From positions 73,413-137,412 of the IMG/VR virus record IMGVR_UViG_3300017917_002814: a stretch of 64,000 nt of DNA. One strand, written 5' to 3'. Below, piece by piece: positions 27,239 to 36,023 of the stretch (within the stretch, counting starts at the first letter, position 1; the number at the start of each line of letters is the position of its first letter). A program made the translations under genes and the position numbers. The DNA comes from a virus. Below the pieces are notes generated by a model. It was not told where the DNA came from. It ran no database searches and was given only the letters and a program-made list of their open reading frames with translations.

Positions 27239-29859
27239 TTTTTGCTTTTGTTACCCCAATTGGCTGCACCTTTTTTACGGCATCGTACTAAGGCACCTGA
27301 TGCATAGGCTGACGGCCATACCTTGTAACGACTTTTCACTTTGTGATAGCAGGCATCTTGTTTTTCTGCAAGCATACGATCGCTGTAAGCAGTACCACCA
27401 CATTCGGGACACAAGGTTGCTGTTTCTGTTACTATTTCATATCCTGCACGACGCATTTCCTCTAGATACTGTTCAACATCTTCGTTGGCATAATTCATTT
27501 TGGTCGTTCTAGCGTTCGGAGTATACATTTGTTTTACTGATGCTACTTTTCTGTTGGGATTTTGAGCTACAACACTACCAAGAACTACTTCATTGCTGGG
27601 TCCTGATCCTTGTTCATGATTAGCTTTTATAACTTTTTTCTTACCGTCTTTAAATGTCACTTCCCAACTGCTAGTAACTTGTTTGGCTTCGTTGACACCA
27701 TACTTCTTCTTTAGTTCTGCTTGCCGAGCATGGCGCTCTTGATCATTCTCAATGTCATACGACTTTGCAAACTCTTTATAATATTCAGGATCAGGTGCAC
27801 CACGCTTTTTACGCAGCTCTTGAAAACGACGATCTAGTTTTTCTCTAGCTGAAGCTTCGTTAGTTGGTTTAGATTGCTCATAATCTTTAACTGTTTGACG
27901 CAATTCTTTTTTTGCTTCAGGGGACAGTTGAGCTTTGGTATCAGTGGAGGGCTTGGTATAATCAACGGCTTTAACTGTTTGTCTTAAAGATTGTTTTTCT
28001 TGATCAGACAATTTTTTATCTTCCGATGTTGGTTCTTTTGGCTGTGGCCTTGGTTGAGGTGCTCGAGGAATTTCTGGTATGTCAAACCCGCCTTCGCGCA
28101 TGGCTGAGATACGCTGCTCTGCAATCATGATCAAGTCGCGCATTTCCTCAACACTCTCACAGTTCCATCTACGTAGCGCCTTGTTGATTGGACTATCGGG
28201 ATCTCTTTTTGTCTTGGCTCCAGCGTGTGCCCGCTTCATGCCGCTCATTCTGGCACAAAAACTTTTGCGACGCTTGGCACTCTTTGACCCTTTTTTTAGT
28301 TTACTTGGCTTGGTGGTCACTGCTGTTTGCAATTTACTGCCTGGGTTTTCTCGACGATACGCTTTAACTGCTTTGCGACTCATTCCTGGAGTCCGGTCTT
28401 TGCGATTTACTTTTTTCCAATCTTCCGCCACACCTTGTTCGTCTAATGGTTCATCACCAATGGTAGGACGATACTCTTGAGGTTCAAGGCCTCGTATGGC
28501 TCTATAAGCTGCATCTAAAATTTCCATCTTTGTTGGATGGTCGAGCCCTTTATACCAAGGTTGTTCTTGCAATTGATCAAACACATCTTTGCGTTCTGCA
28601 TTAGAAAAATCTTCTTCGTAGTCCCAATAGGTAAATGATACCTTCTTGCCTTCGATATCTAAAGTCAAATGCATTTGATCTAGGTCGTAATCTTGATCAA
28701 CAACACTTATGTCTTCCGCCACATCTTTAACTACACGAGCAACACCAACCCGTTGGTCTTTAGGCTCTATGGGTTGCCGACCACGCTCTTGTTCTCGACG
28801 CTTTTGTGCAGCAAGATCTGCCACACTACCTTTTCTAGGCTTCTTGGCACCGTATGAGAAAGGCCCTGCTTCGGCTACAGGATTCTTACCTATATGCCAC
28901 CCACGACCAGGCCCATAATCATTGGGAGTTGGCAAATCATAATATTGTTTGTAAAGTGTGTCCCATTCAGGATGTCCAGGTTCTACAATATATGGTTCGC
29001 CATAGTTTAGGTCTAATTCAAAAGCCGTGCCGGCGTCTCTGATCTCGTAGTAGTGCGGAAAGCGACCAAGTTCGGATCCTTGTTGTTGTAAAGTATCTTC
29101 GTCAGGAACGTCATCTTCTTGCACCGGCTGCTGCGGAACTATATCTATTTTTGCATTTTTAGGTACAATGGTGTTAATGGTCAACTCATCACCAAAATCT
29201 CTGCTGGTGTCCAATGCTCTGACACGTTGGTTTCCTGACTTATCTGTGCTTACTGATGCTACTCGATGTTTATAATTTTCATCACCATCTTTGTTAGTAA
29301 GAGTTCTTATGCTTTGTACGTATGAGGTATGCGGAGACTTATCATCAAATTCTTCTGTTTCTTGCACTGGTTGATCAGCATATTGACCAAAATGTTGTTG
29401 CTGTTGTTGATAGTTAGCTGCTCTCTCAGCATCGCTATAGCCTTGACCGGATGCCATTCTTTGGGAGTAGTCAGCCATTTTTTCTGGAGTCCAGTTCTTG
29501 GCTTTATAGTCGGCCATGCTCTGTTTATAATCAGCACTGGACATACTACCTATTTTAGATATACGTGTGCTTCCGTCTGGTTGTGTTTTTGCTTCCCAGC
29601 CTTGTGGTACATTAAGGGGAGCTTGTTCATCGACTTCCTTGCGTTTATTAGATAAAACAGATCTTATCCAAAAACTTTCAGTCGCTTGGTGACTGTCAAA
29701 TGGACCACCTTTGATACTATAATTTTTTTCTTCGGCATAAGCTTTAGCTGTCTTGCCCACAGGTTTTCGCATGATCATGGGCCGACCACGCTGGTCATAC
29801 ACAGCATAATATTCTTCGTTGCTGTTTTCTGTTATTTTAAATAAATCATTTATAAACAT
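27235..29859 (-). CDS. large modular protein, putative protease-processed head polyprotein
   Basis: 874 aa of short unrelated segments separated by VDE/VQE/VAE/TNE/VNE junctions; includes RRKSFCARM..ALRRWNC and DACY.KVK..WPSAYASG modules. Confidence 0.7.
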   Translation of the reverse strand: MFINDLFKITENSNEEYYAVYDQRGRPMIMRKPVGKTAKAYAEEKNYSIKGGPFDSHQATESFWIRSVLSNKRKEVDEQAPLNVPQGWEAKTQPDGSTRISKIGSMSSADYKQSMADYKAKNWTPEKMADYSQRMASGQGYSDAERAANYQQQQQHFGQYADQPVQETEEFDDKSPHTSYVQSIRTLTNKDGDENYKHRVASVSTDKSGNQRVRALDTSRDFGDELTINTIVPKNAKIDIVPQQPVQEDDVPDEDTLQQQGSELGRFPHYYEIRDAGTAFELDLNYGEPYIVEPGHPEWDTLYKQYYDLPTPNDYGPGRGWHIGKNPVAEAGPFSYGAKKPRKGSVADLAAQKRREQERGRQPIEPKDQRVGVARVVKDVAEDISVVDQDYDLDQMHLTLDIEGKKVSFTYWDYEEDFSNAERKDVFDQLQEQPWYKGLDHPTKMEILDAAYRAIRGLEPQEYRPTIGDEPLDEQGVAEDWKKVNRKDRTPGMSRKAVKAYRRENPGSKLQTAVTTKPSKLKKGSKSAKRRKSFCARMSGMKRAHAGAKTKRDPDSPINKALRRWNCESVEEMRDLIMIAEQRISAMREGGFDIPEIPRAPQPRPQPKEPTSEDKKLSDQEKQSLRQTVKAVDYTKPSTDTKAQLSPEAKKELRQTVKDYEQSKPTNEASAREKLDRRFQELRKKRGAPDPEYYKEFAKSYDIENDQERHARQAELKKKYGVNEAKQVTSSWEVTFKDGKKKVIKANHEQGSGPSNEVVLGSVVAQNPNRKVASVKQMYTPNARTTKMNYANEDVEQYLEEMRRAGYEIVTETATLCPECGGTAYSDRMLAEKQDACYHKVKSRYKVWPSAYASGALVRCRKKGAANWGNKSKK

Positions 29860-29860
29860 A

Positions 29861-30799
29861 TTACATTGCCTGCCTTCTTAATTCTGCAACTTGTTTTACT
29901 AAATCTGCTATCTGACGTTTAATATCGTTTCTCTGTGCTGTCATTTGCTGCAAACTCATGGTCTTTTCAACTGGATTTGCACCTTGTGGAAATTGCTTGT
30001 TTATGTCTGCCAATTGCCGTCTCAGGCCTGTAATTTGTGCCACTAGTGCTGCTATCTGCCCTTGTATTTGTTGTTTACCTGCTTTTCTTTCTTGTGCTTT
30101 GGCAAATTCTTCTGCAGGATTTCTAGCAGTGTCATTGCCGATCCCTGAGCCAGGAGCGCCGTATTCGGAGATAGGAGTTTCGTTTTCGCCCCACTCCGGC
30201 CACCTTAGGCCTTTGGGATTCCGCGGATCTGCAGGAGGTACCATTACATCCTGTGGTTGTTTTGGTTCTTCGGGTTTGAATTCTTTAGCAGATCCGGGTT
30301 GGTAGGGATTGTTCTCCAGATTTTGTTTCAATTGTTGAAACATTTTTTCTGCCTGAGGACTCTGTGGTGCATATCCTCCTGTGATCTTACGAACTTCGTC
30401 ATACCAAGCACCGCTGTACTTTTTAAGTTGTATACGTTTATCTACACCTTGAATATGTCCAGGTGGAACGATAATTTCCCATCCGTGAATATTTGTAGGG
30501 TCATTGGGGTCAGCGTGAATTTCAATGCCTTCATTGACTTCCAGATCCTGTTTGTATTCTTGCCATTCTTGAAACAGATCTCGTTTGACAGGATTACTGT
30601 TTATAACCTGACTCAATTCTTTAAGCAAGCTGTTGGACTCTTCAACACTTTCGGCTGCACCATCGCCTACCATTCGACTGCGAGATTTCTTTGCACTGTC
30701 CTTGCCCCGCCAGTATCCAGGCCATTTAGGACCTGTTGGTTTACGCTCAGCTGATGACATGCTGTCCATTTTCTCCAACAGGTTTTTTATATTGCTCAT
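29861..30799 (-). CDS. modular putative head/internal protein
   Basis: MSNIKNLLE start; VEE/VNE/ISE junctions; C-terminal coiled coil. Confidence 0.65.
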   Translation of the reverse strand: MSNIKNLLEKMDSMSSAERKPTGPKWPGYWRGKDSAKKSRSRMVGDGAAESVEESNSLLKELSQVINSNPVKRDLFQEWQEYKQDLEVNEGIEIHADPNDPTNIHGWEIIVPPGHIQGVDKRIQLKKYSGAWYDEVRKITGGYAPQSPQAEKMFQQLKQNLENNPYQPGSAKEFKPEEPKQPQDVMVPPADPRNPKGLRWPEWGENETPISEYGAPGSGIGNDTARNPAEEFAKAQERKAGKQQIQGQIAALVAQITGLRRQLADINKQFPQGANPVEKTMSLQQMTAQRNDIKRQIADLVKQVAELRRQAM

Positions 30800-32052
30800 C
30801 TGTCGTAAACGCCTTTTCCTACAGCCACTTTTTTCTGTTTGTAGGTATTGCCAACTTTTTTAGGTACACCTGATGTTGGCTTATGACCGGGACCACCTAT
30901 ACTGGTAGCAACAGCACCAGCTGAGCTTGCTCCACCTGTGGCGCTTTCTTTAACAGATTCTTTTTTTTCAAAATACAAAGATCTTTTATTTTTTTCAAAA
31001 GGATTCATACCACCGCCACCACCGCCACCACCGCCACCACCCATACCTCTGCCGCCTGATGGTCTTGAACTTTTGTACATCGGACCTCCTAGTGCGTCTG
31101 TGGCAGTGTTTGGAAGTCCTAATTTACCTGCCGCTCTTTGAATCAACGATGGAGGATTTGGATTACCTCTTACAACTTCACCTCCCGATCTTATTACATC
31201 TCCTCTAGCGTTTCTTCCTTGATAATTTCTAGCACTATCATAACGTTCTTCTTCTCGGCGTGCAGCTAGATCTCTTTCTTCTCCGGTTTCGCCCATTTCG
31301 TTTACAGGCTCATCACTTTCGTATTGCATTGGACGGAAGCGACGATTAGCAAGATCAAACATACTCATGCCTCCTCCACCACCACCGCTGCCACCACCAA
31401 ATCTAGTAGCTGGAATTTTGCTCACTCGAGGGACACCTTCTGGTCGTTCTACTCTACTAGCTTTTCCGCCTCCTACTAACTGTCCGCTTTGAGTGAAATC
31501 TCTTACCCCCGCACCTTGCGGTCCACTAGGGCCGGTCCTTTTTGCTCCAGGCAGTCCTTCGTCGCCTAGATTACTAGGAATGTTTCTTTGTGCATATCTT
31601 TGTAAGTCAGGATTGATTTCTCCTTTTGGCGCACTCATTATTCTATCTCTAGGACGTGAAGGAGCATATCCTTTTTCTGGATCTACATAATCCCCACCTG
31701 GTTTGTGAACTTTAATTGGATCATCGTCGTCTTCGGCCAACAAACTTTCAATTGCATAATCAGCAGCACCTTCAGCAAACGCCATCATTTCTGGTTCTTG
31801 ACTAACAGCTTCATATTTCATGTAGTCTCGCACACTTTCTAGGTACTGGCTTGCTAGTGTAAGCTTGCTTTGTACCCAACCTTCAAGTCCTTCCATTTCA
31901 CTCACATCTCGAAGCAGTTTATGTATTTCAATTGCCGCTTGTGCTGCCGAATACATTTGACTTCTAGCCATTTGCACTTCATGGTCTCTATGCATGTCAT
32001 CTGCTTCTTGTGCAATAATACTGTTTTCTACTATGAATTCTGCTGGTTTCAT
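30796..32052 (-). CDS. modular Gly-rich putative head/internal protein
   Basis: MKPAEFIVE start; DHEVQMARSQ..LEGWVQSKLT module; two poly-Gly modules. Confidence 0.7.
   Translation of the reverse strand: MKPAEFIVENSIIAQEADDMHRDHEVQMARSQMYSAAQAAIEIHKLLRDVSEMEGLEGWVQSKLTLASQYLESVRDYMKYEAVSQEPEMMAFAEGAADYAIESLLAEDDDDPIKVHKPGGDYVDPEKGYAPSRPRDRIMSAPKGEINPDLQRYAQRNIPSNLGDEGLPGAKRTGPSGPQGAGVRDFTQSGQLVGGGKASRVERPEGVPRVSKIPATRFGGGSGGGGGGMSMFDLANRRFRPMQYESDEPVNEMGETGEERDLAARREEERYDSARNYQGRNARGDVIRSGGEVVRGNPNPPSLIQRAAGKLGLPNTATDALGGPMYKSSRPSGGRGMGGGGGGGGGGGMNPFEKNKRSLYFEKKESVKESATGGASSAGAVATSIGGPGHKPTSGVPKKVGNTYKQKKVAVGKGVYDR
31010..31036. repeat. (CCACCGCCA)3 tandem repeat encoding poly-Gly
   Basis: 9-bp unit repeated three times inside the CDS. 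Confidence 0.7.
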
Positions 32053-32076
32053 CTTGTTTTCCCGATAATGTAATAT

Positions 32077-32403
32077 TTATTGTTGTGTATGATTTAACAT
32101 ATTGTCGACTATAAAACGCCATTCAATTTCTAAATCATTGGTTTTAAGTAAATTTTTATTCACTGTTGTGTTGTTTACCTTAAAATTATCAATTTCAAAC
32201 CGTGCGTTTCTGTCTAAATTTTCTAACTTGAACGTATGTACTCCAGTATCTAAATCACAGAATAGATGCTCTTTGATATAATTTTGATAACTAGGCCAGC
32301 CAAAAGTGCGTTCGGTTAGCATTTCTCCATTTACATAAAGCCTATAAACTGGTGGGTCGATGCTCCAATGGCTGTACACATCAACCTCCAATTTGGTATG
32401 CAT
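32077..32403 (-). CDS. hypothetical beta-rich protein
   Basis: start moved to MHTKLE (TAATG overlap). Confidence 0.7.
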   Translation of the reverse strand: MHTKLEVDVYSHWSIDPPVYRLYVNGEMLTERTFGWPSYQNYIKEHLFCDLDTGVHTFKLENLDRNARFEIDNFKVNNTTVNKNLLKTNDLEIEWRFIVDNMLNHTQQ

Positions 32404-33614
32404 TATTTTTTCCTGCCTTGACAATGGGCTCGCTGACTAAAACCTCGAGGATTGTTACAATTTATACTACGCTTATACTTTGCGCTCCATTTTTCCCTTA
32501 GTGTTGCAATTTGTTCTTGCAATTGTTCTACACTGTCAGCCAGATGCATTTTCTTTAGTTGGCGACCAACTTCACCAGGACGAATATCCTGTGTAAGACT
32601 GTGACTGTATCTTGGATCTTGAGCTTGTTTTTTATTTGCAATTACTCCCACCCCTGCTGCTTCTTCATAAAAACGATTCTGAATCCTCATCTTTGTTCCA
32701 GGCTCGTTGTCAACCCAGTCATAGGGATTGCCCATTTCTTTAGGCTTATATGGATCGGCTATTATTTTATTACCAAGCTCTGTTTTTAAAGTATTTGATT
32801 GAAAATCGCCGGGCATGTCTATGGTTTTGGTATCCCACGGTTTCTTCGCATCAACTACATTATCTTGTTTTGCAGGATATTTGCCGGTATTGTATTTGTC
32901 GTGTTTGTACAATTTGTATGCAGCCTGACCTGTAGCTTGTTGTAACGGTGTTAGTTCCGGGTCCTGGTCTTCGTTGACAGTCTGCGGAATTTTGTCTAGT
33001 ATACGACCAATTTCGGCATCATCACGACCATACATTTGCAATAAATATTCTGCCCTAGATTTAGGATCGTCTCTTACTGCGTTCCATGCTGCTCGAGCGG
33101 GTGTGCCGTGACTAACATCCACTGGTCGACCATTGATTTTAATTACCTTTTGACGCTCGTCGGCTATGATCACATATCCGTGCTTATCAGCAGTGGCGCA
33201 TTTATCCAAGCTTTCAAATGTTTTAAAATAACCTGGACTGCCATCTTTTTTAACGCTGTCGGGACGAAGTCTATCACGGTCAGGTGAGCCCACTGCTGCT
33301 ACAAAAATAGTGTTAGCGGGATTGAATTGCGGTTCTGGGAGCTTGTAGGGATTGGTTACTTCAATGATACGATCACTGGGTACACCAGCTGCATTCATTA
33401 GAACTGTTTTGTCGGAAAAATTAAATGGGCTTTTGGGGAGTTCTACTTTGTTGCTGGTAGCAATATATACATTATCTCGACCAAATTTGTTTTGTAAACT
33501 GCGGAATACTTCGCCGTGACCAAGATGAAAAGGTTGAAACCGACCCGGGTATAACACTACCAACTGCGGGCCGGCTTCTGCTACATATGTTTCAAATAAA
33601 TCAGCAATAAACAT
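32403..33614 (-). CDS. HxGH cytidylyl/adenylyltransferase-family domain with modular C-terminal tail
   Basis: YPGRFQPFHLGH, PF.F..K, VGSPDR and SHGT motifs; ends in a KWSAKYKRSINC..P.GFSQRAHC module. Confidence 0.8.
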   Translation of the reverse strand: MFIADLFETYVAEAGPQLVVLYPGRFQPFHLGHGEVFRSLQNKFGRDNVYIATSNKVELPKSPFNFSDKTVLMNAAGVPSDRIIEVTNPYKLPEPQFNPANTIFVAAVGSPDRDRLRPDSVKKDGSPGYFKTFESLDKCATADKHGYVIIADERQKVIKINGRPVDVSHGTPARAAWNAVRDDPKSRAEYLLQMYGRDDAEIGRILDKIPQTVNEDQDPELTPLQQATGQAAYKLYKHDKYNTGKYPAKQDNVVDAKKPWDTKTIDMPGDFQSNTLKTELGNKIIADPYKPKEMGNPYDWVDNEPGTKMRIQNRFYEEAAGVGVIANKKQAQDPRYSHSLTQDIRPGEVGRQLKKMHLADSVEQLQEQIATLREKWSAKYKRSINCNNPRGFSQRAHCQGRKK

Positions 33615-33643
33615 GGTAAATCCATTATATTGCTGTATTTAGC

Positions 33644-34126
33644 TTAAATGTTTTCAAGCAGCCAGATGTAGTAAGGACTAGTAAATGGTAAAATCCATCT
33701 ACCATTCCAACCAAGATTTACACAATTCGAAACAGATTCAGGCAATTCTTGCTGCAACTGAGACATTTTTGCCTTATAAACTTCAGGATAATCTGGACGA
33801 TAATCGCTTGCAGTCCATAGTAAAGAAGCTAAGTCAATTTCATCAATTTCAATGGAATCTATATTTAATAGTAGATCTTCCATGATGTTACCGTTTGAAT
33901 CTAATACTGTATCGTATATAGTTTTATTTAAAAATTCCACTACAAGTGAACAGTTTCCCTCGTCGATAGTTGCATCGAATTCAAAATATTCAGTTTCGTT
34001 TATATTGCCTCTAAGTTCTCCATTGACAAATACTATATCATTTACTAGAATTTTGAACTTAGGTTGCTTTTTTTTTGAAGTGCCGCTTAAACCTATTTTA
34101 AAATGCAATGTCTCTTTATCTGACAT
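33644..34126 (-). CDS. hypothetical acidic beta-rich protein
   Basis: 160-aa ORF ending LGWNG.W...F.SP.Y.WLLE; AAGGAG SD. Confidence 0.75.
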   Translation of the reverse strand: MSDKETLHFKIGLSGTSKKKQPKFKILVNDIVFVNGELRGNINETEYFEFDATIDEGNCSLVVEFLNKTIYDTVLDSNGNIMEDLLLNIDSIEIDEIDLASLLWTASDYRPDYPEVYKAKMSQLQQELPESVSNCVNLGWNGRWILPFTSPYYIWLLENI

Positions 34127-34135
34127 AAAACTCCT

Positions 34136-35080
34136 TTATGCTGGTGCTTTCTGCGCCATTTTGATAGCGTCTGCAAGTGCGGCTGGGGCAGAATCACCCA
34201 ATTCGGGCGCCAAACCACCTGGTTGTGCAAATTGTGGCATTTTACTTAGATCGCCGACAAATTCATAATGCCCGATGTGATTTAACAGGACTTTACCGTG
34301 TGCCCAAATTTCACCACCTAGCGCACTCCACCTACGGCAAAACAACCAATCTTCGCTTAGATAGTGTCCTTTTTCATCAATAGCCACGTCAAAGATACTG
34401 TACATTGTGGGTTCAAATTGCTTGCCAAGACCAACATCATCCACATATTTGGTCTCAGGATGTGCCTTGCAAAGTGTTTCGTACACATGACGTTTAAACA
34501 TTAAGAAACCAGTGCCCATGGTATCTACTGTGAAGATATCACCTTGAACCTTGGTTTCACGTTTGAGATTGATAACATAGTTCACCGGCAAGGCTTTTTT
34601 AGGGTATAGACCACCAATGACATCCTTATCGCAAGCCATCATTTGCAAAATACTTTCTGGCTGGAAACGAATATCAGCATCAATAAACATAAAGTGTGTA
34701 GCAGAAGTGTTGGTCATCATTTTAGCCATCAAGTTGTTACGTGCTCGTGTAACTAGGCTTTCGTTGACCATGGTGTCAAGACTCCAGTTTAAGCCAACTT
34801 GTTGCGCCATAAGAATGAAACGTAATAGTGAAGTCATTGTGGGTTCACTTACATTACCACCATAACAAGGCATACCAATATGAAGATGGCACTTGGTAAA
34901 ATCAAAAGGAACACCTTGTTGTTGCTGTTGTTGTGCCTGCTGAGCAGCAGCGGCTTTGATCATAGCCACAGCATCTTGTGGGCTTGGTGTTGCAGCTTGT
35001 TTTGCTGCAACGGTTGCTTTAATTGCTGCCACGGCATCTGCCTGTGTGGTGGCAGTATCTCCAATTACTTTTTTGGTCAT
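34136..35080 (-). CDS. GT-A-fold glycosyltransferase-like protein with Ala/Gln-rich extensions
   Basis: MPCYG, ARN, FIDADI (DxD), GTGF, SEDW.FC and HIG motifs. Confidence 0.7.
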   Translation of the reverse strand: MTKKVIGDTATTQADAVAAIKATVAAKQAATPSPQDAVAMIKAAAAQQAQQQQQQGVPFDFTKCHLHIGMPCYGGNVSEPTMTSLLRFILMAQQVGLNWSLDTMVNESLVTRARNNLMAKMMTNTSATHFMFIDADIRFQPESILQMMACDKDVIGGLYPKKALPVNYVINLKRETKVQGDIFTVDTMGTGFLMFKRHVYETLCKAHPETKYVDDVGLGKQFEPTMYSIFDVAIDEKGHYLSEDWLFCRRWSALGGEIWAHGKVLLNHIGHYEFVGDLSKMPQFAQPGGLAPELGDSAPAALADAIKMAQKAPA

Positions 35081-35105
35081 TGATTTCTCTCTTGGTTAAA
35101 TTTGA

Positions 35106-35276
35106 TTAGGCTTTGTTTACTTCGACAACGACTCCGTTGCCAAATAGTTCTTCTGCTACCGATCCTAATGCTGTAATTATCTCGCTGTTGGCAAGATCGG
35201 GTGCATCTGTTGCATCAGAGTCTTTAACTAGTTTGCTGATTGTGATCACAATCACTTCTTCATGTATTTTTGCCAT
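35106..35276 (-). CDS. small hypothetical protein
   Basis: my translation MAKIHEEVIVITISKLVKD...SVAEELFGNGVVVEVNKA (56 aa); AAGGA SD and TAAATA upstream. Confidence 0.7.
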   Translation of the reverse strand: MAKIHEEVIVITISKLVKDSDATDAPDLANSEIITALGSVAEELFGNGVVVEVNKA

Positions 35277-35300
35277 ATTAGCAATCCTTGAATAATAATG

Positions 35301-36023
35301 TTATTTATTATCCAAGCATACTAGCTCAGAAACTTCTCTAATAATATCTGGGTTGATTAAAGTGATAAATGTTGCTACGTGTTTGTCGTTGGAATAAAAA
35401 TATGAACCCCAGATCCAATCATGTGGTTTGCTCAAACTTTCTTTGGTATGATCATTTATTCTAATTAAATCACCCAGACTGTTTAGATAATTCAATATCT
35501 GTGTTCTAGTTTCAAAATTAAACTGTTTTTCTTTAAACCAAATTCTGTATCGATATTTGGGAGGTTTTTTAACAAGCACTACGTGTTTGTCTAGTAGTGT
35601 TTTTATTTCTTCATTTTCTGGTCCAACAATAGATATAATTTTGTCCTTGTGGTCAGGATCAATTGATTCGGCAACTGATTTGATCATTAATTCGTCTTCT
35701 GCATACACAGAAAGTTTTGGTTCTTCAGTACGAATTTTTACGTCAGGATACTCATAGTAAAGATTACTTAGACCATGTAAAAATCCAACATCAGCTTCTT
35801 TTAAATACTTGTACAATTGTTTGTTGTACCAGGATCCTTGACGTTTATAATCTCGCACCCAACTTTGTCGTTTATCAAGGTCAACAGCTATATTTTCACA
35901 CCTAATACTTTTACAACCCGGAGCATACAAGTCAAGTCGATAATAATATTGATTGTAAAATTGCTTGGATGATGATAATACTTTAATATTCGGAGATAGG
36001 TTCTTCCAGAACAATGTATCCAT
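35301..36023 (-). CDS. hypothetical protein
   Basis: 240-aa ORF. Confidence 0.75.
   Translation of the reverse strand: MDTLFWKNLSPNIKVLSSSKQFYNQYYYRLDLYAPGCKSIRCENIAVDLDKRQSWVRDYKRQGSWYNKQLYKYLKEADVGFLHGLSNLYYEYPDVKIRTEEPKLSVYAEDELMIKSVAESIDPDHKDKIISIVGPENEEIKTLLDKHVVLVKKPPKYRYRIWFKEKQFNFETRTQILNYLNSLGDLIRINDHTKESLSKPHDWIWGSYFYSNDKHVATFITLINPDIIREVSELVCLDNK

Noticed and set aside
34900-35060. Ala/Gln-rich repeats at the GT-A N-terminus as a DNA repeat element
   Set aside because: This is a low-complexity protein linker (two QDAVAxIKA-like units and poly-Q) without exact nucleotide periodicity.
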